Virus record (IMG/VR): IMGVR_UViG_3300008448_011290
Origin: a virus
Reading direction: 5' to 3' (one strand)
DNA length: 64,000 nt
Shown: positions 47,454 to 56,271 of the stretch, one piece after another
Layout of the letters: the number at the start of each line of letters is the position of its first letter
How positions within the stretch are numbered: position 1 is the stretch's first letter
The notes under the pieces: generated by a model
Database searches by the model: none
What the model saw: the letters and a program-made list of their open reading frames with translations, nothing else
Told to the model about the DNA's origin: nothing
Program-made: the position numbers and the translations under genes

Positions 47454-48255
47454 AATTTTCTTATCAGGTGGTTGCAGTTTTACATATGGACACGAGTTGT
47501 CTGATGATAAAAACGGAAAAATACCTTCTCAAAAGACTTGGGCAGCACTATTGGCTAAAAATATTCCAGCAGATTATAAAACAGTAGCATGGGCAGGATC
47601 AGGTAATGCAGGCATAGCAAGACGAGTATTTGAATATATTTCACAAAACAAAGAACAAGATATATTTGTTTCTATTATGTGGACTTTTGTTTCACGCTAT
47701 GATTGGGCAATGCCTAGGAATGCAGTATTAGAAAAAACAAGATGGGCTACAATTACTCCCTGGGACACATCAGATAATCAAGCAGAAGTACAAAAAACAT
47801 TGGCTGCTAGTGAACCACAATTGGAAATATGGAAAACAAGAAGAGAAACTTTAAGAAATACAGGAGTAGGACCATTTGCTGATGCTCTTTATAAACATGC
47901 AGCTAATCAATATCATGAAGCTTATCTCAGTTGGAAGAGTATCGTTTGGTTACAAAATATACTGGAAAAAAAGAAAATAAAATATATGTTTACTCTAGCT
48001 GATAATACTCTATTTTACAATGAGCTGGAACCATTGAATAGAGTTGATCCTTTATTAAATGCGTTGTATAATGAAATAGACTTCAGTCGATGGTTTGTAT
48101 TTGGAGAAAGACATATGGGATTCAATCAATGGGCAGTATTGAATGATTATCCACGTGGTACCACACATCCTTTGGATGAAGCACATAGAGATTCAGCAAA
48201 ATTAATGAAAGATAAATTTTTTGAAATTTATACTAAAAAACAGGAGGCACTATGA
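47446..48255 (+). CDS. SGNH-like protein
   Basis: GGCSFTYG, AWAGSGN, C-terminal THPLDEAH. Confidence 0.55.
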   Translation: MSKIFLSGGCSFTYGHELSDDKNGKIPSQKTWAALLAKNIPADYKTVAWAGSGNAGIARRVFEYISQNKEQDIFVSIMWTFVSRYDWAMPRNAVLEKTRWATITPWDTSDNQAEVQKTLAASEPQLEIWKTRRETLRNTGVGPFADALYKHAANQYHEAYLSWKSIVWLQNILEKKKIKYMFTLADNTLFYNELEPLNRVDPLLNALYNEIDFSRWFVFGERHMGFNQWAVLNDYPRGTTHPLDEAHRDSAKLMKDKFFEIYTKKQEAL

Positions 48256-48356
48256 TACAATGGATAAAAAATTTAATAAACAAAATTCGATTAGAGCGAC
48301 AATATCGTAAGAGATTGAAAGAGTTAAAAAAGAAAGATCCTTTCATCTACAAATAA
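48252..48356 (+). CDS. Small basic protein (34 aa), absent from the ORF track
   Basis: GGAGG Shine-Dalgarno and ATGA overlap; MIQWIKNLINKIRLERQYRKRLKELKKKDPFIYK*; ends 1 nt before the carbamoyltransferase ATG. Confidence 0.7.
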   Translation: MIQWIKNLINKIRLERQYRKRLKELKKKDPFIYK

Positions 48357-48357
48357 A

Positions 48358-49848
48358 ATGAGAATATTAGGAATTAATTGTCTAAATCACGATGCTGCTA
48401 TGGCTGTGGTTGAAGATGGAGAAATCCTATGGGCGGCACATGCAGAAAGATACAGCAAAGATAAGAATGATCACTATCTCAATTGGCAAATAGTAAATGA
48501 AGCTCGCGAATACGGACCATGGGACAAAGTGGTTTATTATGAAAGACCTCTGTTAAAGAAAACTCGACAAGCCCGTGCTGGTCAATGGTCAGAAGTTTTT
48601 TCTCGAACAAATATACCACAAAATTATTTAGATGCGTTTGGAATACGAATAGATGAATATGTGAGTCATCACGAATCTCATGCTGCTGCAGGATTTTTTA
48701 CATCTCCGTTCTATGATGCAATGGTACTAACAGTGGATGCCATAGGAGAATGGGATACCACTTCGATATGGCAAGCTCAAGGCAAACGATTAGATCTATG
48801 CTACAAAATCAAATATCCTCATTCATTGGGTTTACTCTATTCAGCGTTTACACAGAGAGTAGGACTCAAACCTGCTGAAGAAGAATATATTCTAATGGGC
48901 ATGGCAGCATATGGAGAACCTAGATATGTGGCAGAAATCTATAGAGACCTTGTGGATAGAGATGGAGATTTTGCATTAAAGAAAAATTTACATAAAGGAT
49001 TGGGCAATTGGTTACCAGAAGCTGATCCTATGGACCTAGCAGCCAGTATACAAAAAGTTACGGAACGAGAATTAGAAAAATTATGGCGTAAGACTCGACA
49101 GTACATACCTGCAAGTCAAATAGCAGTTAGTCGATACGGCAACAAAAGAAATCTAGTGTATGGTGGTGGTGTGGCTCTTAATTGTGTGGCCAACAGTAAA
49201 TTGGCCAATCTAGGATTATTTGACAACATATGGATCATGCCTAACCCAGGTGATGCCGGCAGTTCCATTGGTTGTATTGCAGCCGCTGAACGAAAACATA
49301 TCCATTGGCGTCATCCTTTCCTAGGACACAACATAGAAGGGGAATATCCTGTGGATCACTTAATAAAAGAATTAGAAAAAAATCGTATGGTAGGAGTAGC
49401 GAATGGCAGAGCTGAATTTGGACCACGAGCACTTGGTAATAGATCATTGCTGGCAGATCCACGTGGCAATGATATCAAAGATTTGGTAAATCGTATCAAA
49501 CAAAGACAGGAATTTCGACCATTTGCACCCGCTATACTAGAGGAGGATTTACATGAATATTTTGAGGTGCCTAAGTGCGTTGTAAACACCCCTTATATGC
49601 AATTTATAGGCATTTGTAAGCATGGTAAAGACTTTCCTGCCATTGTGCATCATGACGGTACAAGTCGTGTGCAAACAGTGAATAAAACGCAGAATCCAGG
49701 CTTTTACCAACTGTTAAAAACATGGAAGGAAAAAACCGGATGTCCAATGCTGTTAAACACATCACTGAATATCAAAGGTGAACCCATAGTGAATGATATC
49801 AAGGATGCGGAACGCTTCGAAACCAAGTATAATGTAAGAGTATGTTAA
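48358..49848 (+). CDS. O-carbamoyltransferase (NodU/CmcH/TobZ family)
   Basis: ILGIN..NHDAA, HHESHAA, VDAIGE, GGVALNC, GRAEFGPRALGNRSLLADP, FRPFAP, LLNTSLN. Confidence 0.95.
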   Translation: MRILGINCLNHDAAMAVVEDGEILWAAHAERYSKDKNDHYLNWQIVNEAREYGPWDKVVYYERPLLKKTRQARAGQWSEVFSRTNIPQNYLDAFGIRIDEYVSHHESHAAAGFFTSPFYDAMVLTVDAIGEWDTTSIWQAQGKRLDLCYKIKYPHSLGLLYSAFTQRVGLKPAEEEYILMGMAAYGEPRYVAEIYRDLVDRDGDFALKKNLHKGLGNWLPEADPMDLAASIQKVTERELEKLWRKTRQYIPASQIAVSRYGNKRNLVYGGGVALNCVANSKLANLGLFDNIWIMPNPGDAGSSIGCIAAAERKHIHWRHPFLGHNIEGEYPVDHLIKELEKNRMVGVANGRAEFGPRALGNRSLLADPRGNDIKDLVNRIKQRQEFRPFAPAILEEDLHEYFEVPKCVVNTPYMQFIGICKHGKDFPAIVHHDGTSRVQTVNKTQNPGFYQLLKTWKEKTGCPMLLNTSLNIKGEPIVNDIKDAERFETKYNVRVC

Positions 49849-50786
49849 AAATATTGGTAACAGGTGGTGAAGGTTTTATAGGCGGTTGGATTGTGGAAAA
49901 ATTGTCTCAGATGGGACATAGAGTTACTACTCTAGATTCTGGAGAAACCTATGATGTGATTGAAAGGCAAGATCTAGATAGATTATGCCGTTGGAGACAG
50001 AGGAATTGGAAACGAGTTACAAAAATATCAGGCAATGTGACCATGCCTTTGGATCGTGTGTGGTTGAAAAAACAAGATATTGTGATACATCTAGCATCTT
50101 ATCCCAGAGCTAGAATAGTGCATGATCATCCAGAAATGGGAGTAGAGAACATAGTGGTAGGTACCACAGGAATGTTACAAGATTGTGTGGAGTATGGTGT
50201 AAAAAGATTTGTTTATGTTTCTTCCAGTATGATATATGGAGATTTTGCAGATGGAGCAGATGAAAAAACTGCACCAAATCCTATCAATATCTACGGAGAA
50301 GCCAAGTTAACAGGAGAAAGATTAACGCAACAATTTAATAGATCATTTGGATTGGAATATGTGATAGCAAGGCCCAGCGGAGTATACGGAGCAGGTGATA
50401 TTCCAGATAGAGTATTAAGTAAATTTTTTGATGCTGCTATGAATAATCAAAATATTTCAGTGCATGGTGCTGATAATCGAGTGGACTTTACCTACGTAGA
50501 AGATGCAGCAGACGGTATTATTCGTTGTGCTCTAGAAAAACAAGCAGCCAATAAAATTTTTAATATTACAGCAGGCAGTGCAAACAGTTTAGGAGAAGCA
50601 GCCAAAAAAATTATTCAATTAACAGGTAGTAAGAGTCAGATTAAAGACACAGGAAAAAATAAATTATATCCCAATAGAGGCACGTTAGATGTATCTCAAG
50701 CACAACAATTATTAGGATATAGGCCTCAACACAGTTTTGATCAAGGTATTGCAAAGTATTATGAGTGGTTACAAAATAAAATTTAA
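49842..50786 (+). CDS. NAD-dependent NDP-sugar epimerase/dehydratase (extended SDR)
   Basis: TGGEGFIG, SSSMIYG, YGEAK. Confidence 0.9.
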   Translation: MLKILVTGGEGFIGGWIVEKLSQMGHRVTTLDSGETYDVIERQDLDRLCRWRQRNWKRVTKISGNVTMPLDRVWLKKQDIVIHLASYPRARIVHDHPEMGVENIVVGTTGMLQDCVEYGVKRFVYVSSSMIYGDFADGADEKTAPNPINIYGEAKLTGERLTQQFNRSFGLEYVIARPSGVYGAGDIPDRVLSKFFDAAMNNQNISVHGADNRVDFTYVEDAADGIIRCALEKQAANKIFNITAGSANSLGEAAKKIIQLTGSKSQIKDTGKNKLYPNRGTLDVSQAQQLLGYRPQHSFDQGIAKYYEWLQNKI

Positions 50787-51855
50787 CGGATTAGATAGAA
50801 TCTATTCTCACTATAAAACAGAGCTGGATGCAGCAGCCAAAGAAGTGTGGCGCACAGGCAATGTATTAATAGGTAGAAAAAAAGAAGATTCAGAATTGGG
50901 TATATTTGAAGATTTAATAGCCAACTATGTGGGCAGAGAATATGCTGTGGGAGTACAGAGCTGTACAGATGCTCTTTATTTTGCTCTAAGAGCTCATGAC
51001 ATAGGATCAGGTAAAACAGTAATATGTCCAGCATTATCTTTCCTGAGCACAGCAACAGCTATTAAACGTACAGGTGCTGCAGTTGAGTTTGTTGATGTTG
51101 GAGAAGATGGTCAGATTGGTGAGCTTGGAGATATCAAAGCCGATGCTCTAGTGTATGTAAATCTATATGGTAATCTAGCCGACTATGATAGATTGAAACA
51201 GCATTGTCGTAAAAATAAAATATTATTGATAGAAGATGCTGCTCAGTCTTTAGGAGCATATTATAAAAAATCACAATCTGGCAATCTAGGAGATATCAGT
51301 GTGCTAAGTTTCTCTCCTGTAAAAAATCTTCCAGCATTCGGCAACGGTGGCATGATATTAACAGATGATAAAAAAATAGCAGAAAAATGTCTAGCTCTGA
51401 GATATCATGGAGTAAATGGAGAAGATGTAGAGCATGGGTATAATTCTGTAATGTCAGAAAGCCAAGCTGCACAATTGAATGTATTAATGATGGATTTTAA
51501 TACTTTGCAAGACAGAAGACAGCAAGTTAGAGATCAATATAATCAGCATTTAAAAAAATTATTAAATGTTAAAACTATCGATACACAAACAAACACAATA
51601 GGTTCTAATCACAAATTAGTAATATTATGCAAAGATAGAGATAGTTTAAAAGAATTTCTCTCTAACAAAGGCATAGAAACACAAATACACTATAATGAAA
51701 TATTGCCTCACACAAAATACTTCAATAATAAAAATTCTTTCCCTAATGCTGAAAGAATTTCAAAAGAATGTTTGAGTCTTCCAATCTATCCACATTTAAA
51801 AAAGAATGAGATCAAATATATTTGTGATATGATAGGAGAATTTTATGGCTTTTGA
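50761..51855 (+). CDS. DegT/DnrJ/EryC1/StrS PLP-dependent sugar aminotransferase
   Basis: SCTDAL, EDAAQSLG, SFSPVKNLPAFGNGG, LSLPIYP; likely start ATG 50761. Confidence 0.92.
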   Translation: MSGYKIKFNGLDRIYSHYKTELDAAAKEVWRTGNVLIGRKKEDSELGIFEDLIANYVGREYAVGVQSCTDALYFALRAHDIGSGKTVICPALSFLSTATAIKRTGAAVEFVDVGEDGQIGELGDIKADALVYVNLYGNLADYDRLKQHCRKNKILLIEDAAQSLGAYYKKSQSGNLGDISVLSFSPVKNLPAFGNGGMILTDDKKIAEKCLALRYHGVNGEDVEHGYNSVMSESQAAQLNVLMMDFNTLQDRRQQVRDQYNQHLKKLLNVKTIDTQTNTIGSNHKLVILCKDRDSLKEFLSNKGIETQIHYNEILPHTKYFNNKNSFPNAERISKECLSLPIYPHLKKNEIKYICDMIGEFYGF

Positions 51856-53173
51856 TTGTATCTGTATAGATTTTAAAAATAATAAAAGTGAACAAAATAT
51901 AAAGAATATTAAAAAAGTATTTCCTTATGCGAGAGTTATACCATTCCTACAGAGCTATTACGAAATAATACAATCTCAAATCTCATCTTGCAGCACAAGA
52001 TATCTATGGTTGCTTTCTAGTTTAATTGATTATCGAGATTTTGATTTTGGATTTATACCTGAACAATTCCAAGAAAAACAAATTCATGTTTGGTCAATAG
52101 AAGGACAGAAAGAAGGTGATACATTCTTAATACCAAAAAAATTTACAGAACAACAAATAGAGTATCTACGAGATTATAAAGATATTAACTATCATACAGC
52201 AAATAACATACACTATGATTATGATATTGCAGAATCTCCTTACGATTTAAGTAATAACATTGATTGTTTAGAAAGAGTATCAGGACCTGCTGGCAAATAT
52301 GTTAAACATTTTGAAAAGAAAAATGATAAAAAAATATATCCTTCTTATTGGGAAGATCTAAAAATTTATATTGATGGTACTACATTCTATGTACCAAATG
52401 CAGCCGTAGATAAGATTCATACACAAATATATGACTATCATCTATTGTATCGATTGCAAAATAATCTAGAAAAAGATTGTTTTGATATTGCCTTTATATC
52501 TAATAGAGAACCATTTGAAGAAGACAATTACAATCTATTAAAAGAGCATCTACAAAAGAATAATTTAAAAAATAGATTATATTGGGTGCGAGGAGTAGAT
52601 GGAAGAACAGCAGCATATAAACAAGCAGCCGAACAATCCAGCCAAGAATATTTTTATGCTGTATTTGCAAAAAGCCAAGTGGACAAAAATTTTATGTTTA
52701 ATTACACTGTAGATAGAGCAAAAAATAAAAGACATTATATATTTCACGCAAGATTATGCGAACTTGGATTAGAATATGGTACATTTAATATCAATCTTTT
52801 TTCTCGATCTTTATGTCTCGATACTCCAGATACTCCAGGCCTGGATTTTACTCTTTATAGCAAACATGAAGTTGTACCTATAGTGGCAAACACAGCATTA
52901 TTGTGCCCAGACAACTATACAGCATGGAAAAATGCTTTTAGAGAAGTTAGCAAATTAATATTATGGAATAAGCAACGTCCTACAGTGGAAACAGGATATA
53001 GAATTGAAAAATGGTTGTCTACAGATAATACATGGCTAAAACGAGGAGCACATGATGCTAAAAAATTTGTGGAAGATTCTAATTTCGATATTGTAAAGAT
53101 AGAAGAGACTTATTCTTGGAAGTTCACTAAAGAAACTTTTTCTAAATTATATCCTGCAGAGCAGAGCTATTAA
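51845..53173 (+). CDS. Two-domain glycosyltransferase-like protein (C-terminal half paralogous to 39481; DxD absent)
   Basis: FDIAFISNREP..E.NY...VRGVDGRTAAYKQAA...YAVFAKS...AWKNAFREV. Confidence 0.55.
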   Translation: MAFDCICIDFKNNKSEQNIKNIKKVFPYARVIPFLQSYYEIIQSQISSCSTRYLWLLSSLIDYRDFDFGFIPEQFQEKQIHVWSIEGQKEGDTFLIPKKFTEQQIEYLRDYKDINYHTANNIHYDYDIAESPYDLSNNIDCLERVSGPAGKYVKHFEKKNDKKIYPSYWEDLKIYIDGTTFYVPNAAVDKIHTQIYDYHLLYRLQNNLEKDCFDIAFISNREPFEEDNYNLLKEHLQKNNLKNRLYWVRGVDGRTAAYKQAAEQSSQEYFYAVFAKSQVDKNFMFNYTVDRAKNKRHYIFHARLCELGLEYGTFNINLFSRSLCLDTPDTPGLDFTLYSKHEVVPIVANTALLCPDNYTAWKNAFREVSKLILWNKQRPTVETGYRIEKWLSTDNTWLKRGAHDAKKFVEDSNFDIVKIEETYSWKFTKETFSKLYPAEQSY

Positions 53174-54141
53174 AAATTAAGATTATCGCGGTAAAATTTT
53201 TGTTTTAGGAACCAATCAATATATTCTGGTATGCCTTGCTCAATATCAATCATTGGTTGAAATCTTAAAAGATTAACTGCTTTGTCGCTGTTTAATGTAT
53301 CTCTATTAGGATAAAATTCATCATGTGGTTTAGTATTAATTTTAACACTGCCTATTTTTGATTGGATTATTTCTGCAGCTTCCATTATTCGACGACCGCG
53401 TCCTCTAGTGCAATTAAAAATTTCATCCACTACATCTGATAGAGTAGCTCTAACAAAATACTCTGCCACATCTTCTACGTGAGAAAAATCTAATTTATTG
53501 TCCGGTCCTTGCACAGTCATTTCTTTTTTAGTTAATGCGTTTTTAACTAACTGACTTATTACTCTCACAATCATATCAGGACAGCCATATAAAGCCGAAG
53601 GTCTCATTATTACATAGTTTAATCCGTGTAATCTTCTCCAAACTTTACACATGAGTTCTCCTTGATACTTGTAAGAACCATATAGAGTATTAGGACTTGG
53701 AGTGACAGTTTCATCTGGTATCTGTTCTTTAAAATCTCCATAAACCATGCTGCTGGAAGAAAATACAATTTTTTTTACTTGATGCTTAACACATAAATCT
53801 AAAATATTTGCTGTGGCTGTAATCATATTGCCTGTAGCATCATCAATATTACTTTGCACCATTTTAGCATTGGGATAAGTGCCTAAATGTATTACTCTTT
53901 CTGGTTGAAATTCTGCGAAAGTTTTTTCCATGAATTCTTTGTCTTCTATTCTTCCTACAAATGTACGATCGTTGGCTGCAATAGTTTTTCTTAAATCTAA
54001 TATTGGAAAGTATTCCCAATCAGGAAAAGCATTATATTGATGATAACAATCTACCACACCAACCATGTGTCCTTCTTTTTTTAATCGTTGGCTAACTCTA
54101 CTGCCAATAAAACCATGTCCTCCAAGTATTAGAATGTTCAT
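53170..54141 (-). CDS. NAD-dependent NDP-sugar epimerase/dehydratase, paralog of 49842
   Basis: LGGHGFIG, SSSSMVYG, YGSYK, YPNRDTL. Confidence 0.9.
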   Translation of the reverse strand: MNILILGGHGFIGSRVSQRLKKEGHMVGVVDCYHQYNAFPDWEYFPILDLRKTIAANDRTFVGRIEDKEFMEKTFAEFQPERVIHLGTYPNAKMVQSNIDDATGNMITATANILDLCVKHQVKKIVFSSSSMVYGDFKEQIPDETVTPSPNTLYGSYKYQGELMCKVWRRLHGLNYVIMRPSALYGCPDMIVRVISQLVKNALTKKEMTVQGPDNKLDFSHVEDVAEYFVRATLSDVVDEIFNCTRGRGRRIMEAAEIIQSKIGSVKINTKPHDEFYPNRDTLNSDKAVNLLRFQPMIDIEQGIPEYIDWFLKQKFYRDNLNF

Positions 54142-54785
54142 GCTATCAGTTGATATTGTATAGAGAATGTTTCTGCTATTTTATTCTCTCCTAAAAAAGA
54201 TCCTCTATATCGATTGTAGTTTATAATTTGTTCTATATTCTGTTGCGAAAAATAAGACTTATAACATCTTAGAGCTTGTTGTTTTTGTTCTAAATGTTCT
54301 GTTATATCCACATATAGATTTGTTTTAAAATTACTGTAGTGCAGATTATAAGGAGTTTGATCCATACACCAAAATTCTTTAAAAAATTTTCGAGACAAAC
54401 TCTGTGCTAATTCATAACATATTCTATGTTCTTGATGAGAATCTTCTCGCCAATGAGATATTAATACATCATATCCTTTGGATATTCCTTCCACTGCTGT
54501 TATTAAATTATTGTTTAATGTTAAATTAGGACGACCATTACTGTGTAGAGGAGTGTTATAAAATTCAACAGTATGTTTTAAAACTTTTTGACTATTTTCT
54601 AATTCGGATTTTACAACGGTTTCATTCCTGTTTTTGTTAATTTCTACAGAAGGTCTTATCATGATACAGTTGGTTACTGTACCACTATTTTGTATGATTT
54701 TAGATATTAAACCGCCGCAGGCAGATTCTGCATCGTCTGGGTGAGCTGTGAGTATAAAGAATTTTCTTTTGTAAAATTCATTCAT
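54138..54785 (-). CDS. PIG-L/LmbE family N-deacetylase
   Basis: AHPDDAE and DSHQEH metal motifs; VDIT...K..AL.CY.S. Confidence 0.88.
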   Translation of the reverse strand: MNEFYKRKFFILTAHPDDAESACGGLISKIIQNSGTVTNCIMIRPSVEINKNRNETVVKSELENSQKVLKHTVEFYNTPLHSNGRPNLTLNNNLITAVEGISKGYDVLISHWREDSHQEHRICYELAQSLSRKFFKEFWCMDQTPYNLHYSNFKTNLYVDITEHLEQKQQALRCYKSYFSQQNIEQIINYNRYRGSFLGENKIAETFSIQYQLIA

Positions 54786-55126
54786 TTAAAAGTTTTATCC
54801 AACAACTTGTTAGTCTTTGATTCCATGTCTGCTTTTAATTTAGGAATATCAAATTTAAGATCCACATGTTTAACGTTGGCATAATTGCTATTAATATATC
54901 TTTTTAGAGTTTCAGCAATTTTAGATTCAGTTTTTTTTGATTGTAGCTCTTTTTCTACGTCATAATGTATGGTGACATTATTTTTTAATGTAATGTCACA
55001 CCATTTAACATAGCCTATAGGCATGTTGCTGTATTTGATGCCTTCTAGAACTTCTGGCCACTCTTTAACAAATTCTGATGTTAATTGAACCCAAGTTTGT
55101 TTAGTTCTTGGCAGTTTCCTTGCCAT
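54782..55126 (-). CDS. Hypothetical protein
   Basis: 114-aa ORF in the overlapping minus-strand operon. Confidence 0.55.
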   Translation of the reverse strand: MARKLPRTKQTWVQLTSEFVKEWPEVLEGIKYSNMPIGYVKWCDITLKNNVTIHYDVEKELQSKKTESKIAETLKRYINSNYANVKHVDLKFDIPKLKADMESKTNKLLDKTFK

Positions 55127-55625
55127 TGGATTTTTTATTAGGTTTAGGTTTTTTACTGATAACTATATCTTCTTTAACTGCTAACTCGCTTACTGATATT
55201 TTTAAATCATCAGCAATCATTTGATTCAGCTTATCCAAAGGAATTTTACCCTCATCTCCTGCACCATAAGTTACAATAATATCTTTAGTAGGCATTTTTT
55301 TAAGATAGTTTTCTATATGTAATAGTGCTAGCATATTCGGACCATCTGGAAAAGCTAACCTAGCAATATGAGTTCCTAATTCAAAACTAGCTTGTCCTTC
55401 AGGACTTTCTAATGCTCTCATTAGAGATTCGCGATGAATATCTGACAAGAATTTAGGACCTATCACCAAACAAGACTCTGGTTCTTTTGGCAATGTTCTA
55501 AAAATTATTGCCACTTGAGCTCCATCTTGTTTTAGGACTCCCAGATGTTTAAGATTTTTGACAGCCTGGGTTTTCGCACCTGTGTTAGCAGCATCCATTA
55601 CTAACTTATCGTATAAGTTTAGCAT
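55101..55625 (-). CDS. Hypothetical protein
   Basis: 174-aa ORF; no recognised motif. Confidence 0.6.
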   Translation of the reverse strand: MLNLYDKLVMDAANTGAKTQAVKNLKHLGVLKQDGAQVAIIFRTLPKEPESCLVIGPKFLSDIHRESLMRALESPEGQASFELGTHIARLAFPDGPNMLALLHIENYLKKMPTKDIIVTYGAGDEGKIPLDKLNQMIADDLKISVSELAVKEDIVISKKPKPNKKSNGKETAKN

Positions 55626-55628
55626 TAT

Positions 55629-55940
55629 CTATTTTCCTGCGGCTGCTGGTGCTTCCGCTGTTTTGTTTTCTTCTGGTTTGGTTTCTGGTGCTACTTTAGC
55701 AAGAAACATTTGAAGTTTATTATACACAAGTCCAACAGTGGCCATTTCGTTGGCTCTGAATGCGCCTCTTGTAGATGCCACATCAATGATTGTACCAATG
55801 TTTTTTAAATCAGCAATAGTTAAATCATTAGCTGGTTGTCCTTGTGGTGGTGTTGTTTGTGTTGTTGATGCTGATTGAGTTGCGGCAGCCGCTTTTGGCG
55901 CTTTAACTTCAGCTTCTTTTTTAGTTTTTTTTGTTGTCAT
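55629..55940 (-). CDS. Hypothetical protein
   Basis: AGGAG Shine-Dalgarno; core LTIADL..I..IIDVASTRGAFRANEM..VG..YNKL..FL. Confidence 0.65.
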   Translation of the reverse strand: MTTKKTKKEAEVKAPKAAAATQSASTTQTTPPQGQPANDLTIADLKNIGTIIDVASTRGAFRANEMATVGLVYNKLQMFLAKVAPETKPEENKTAEAPAAAGK

Positions 55941-55969
55941 TTTTTCTCCTAAATTGCAATTAGACTAAT

Positions 55970-55998
55970 ATTGTAACAAAATTAGTTAGCGAGGTCAA
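55970..55998 (-). promoter_or_regulatory. sigma70-type promoter TTGACC-N17-TACAAT with TAACTA in the spacer
   Basis: Minus strand TTGACC tcgctaactaattttgt TACAAT, upstream of 55940. Confidence 0.65.
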
Positions 55999-56007
55999 CA
56001 ACCAAAT

Positions 56008-56271
56008 CTATGAGTTCTGAGCCATACCACTCAATACAAATAGTGTAAGATCGCTGGGCTCTTCAAAAGCAATTGTGGTAAAGATATCCACTCTGTCACC
56101 TGTGTGTTTAATATCATTTACCAATGCAAATCGTCCTGCACAGTTGGAATAAATCCAACGAGCCAATTTTTGACTTTGGTATTCGTGTTGATTTGGTAAA
56201 GAAATAGATTTAAAATGTGGAGGTATTCGATCTAGTTTTCTTGGATGAAAGTTTTTAGCATTAATCCTCAT
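56008..56271 (-). CDS. Hypothetical protein
   Basis: 87-aa ORF overlapping the stop of the VWA gene. Confidence 0.55.
   Translation of the reverse strand: MRINAKNFHPRKLDRIPPHFKSISLPNQHEYQSQKLARWIYSNCAGRFALVNDIKHTGDRVDIFTTIAFEEPSDLTLFVLSGMAQNS

Noticed and set aside
37307-54785. Bacterial O-antigen/capsule locus or host contamination
   Set aside because: No flippase, polymerase or other membrane proteins; contiguous and overlapping with phage genes and sharing their promoter style.
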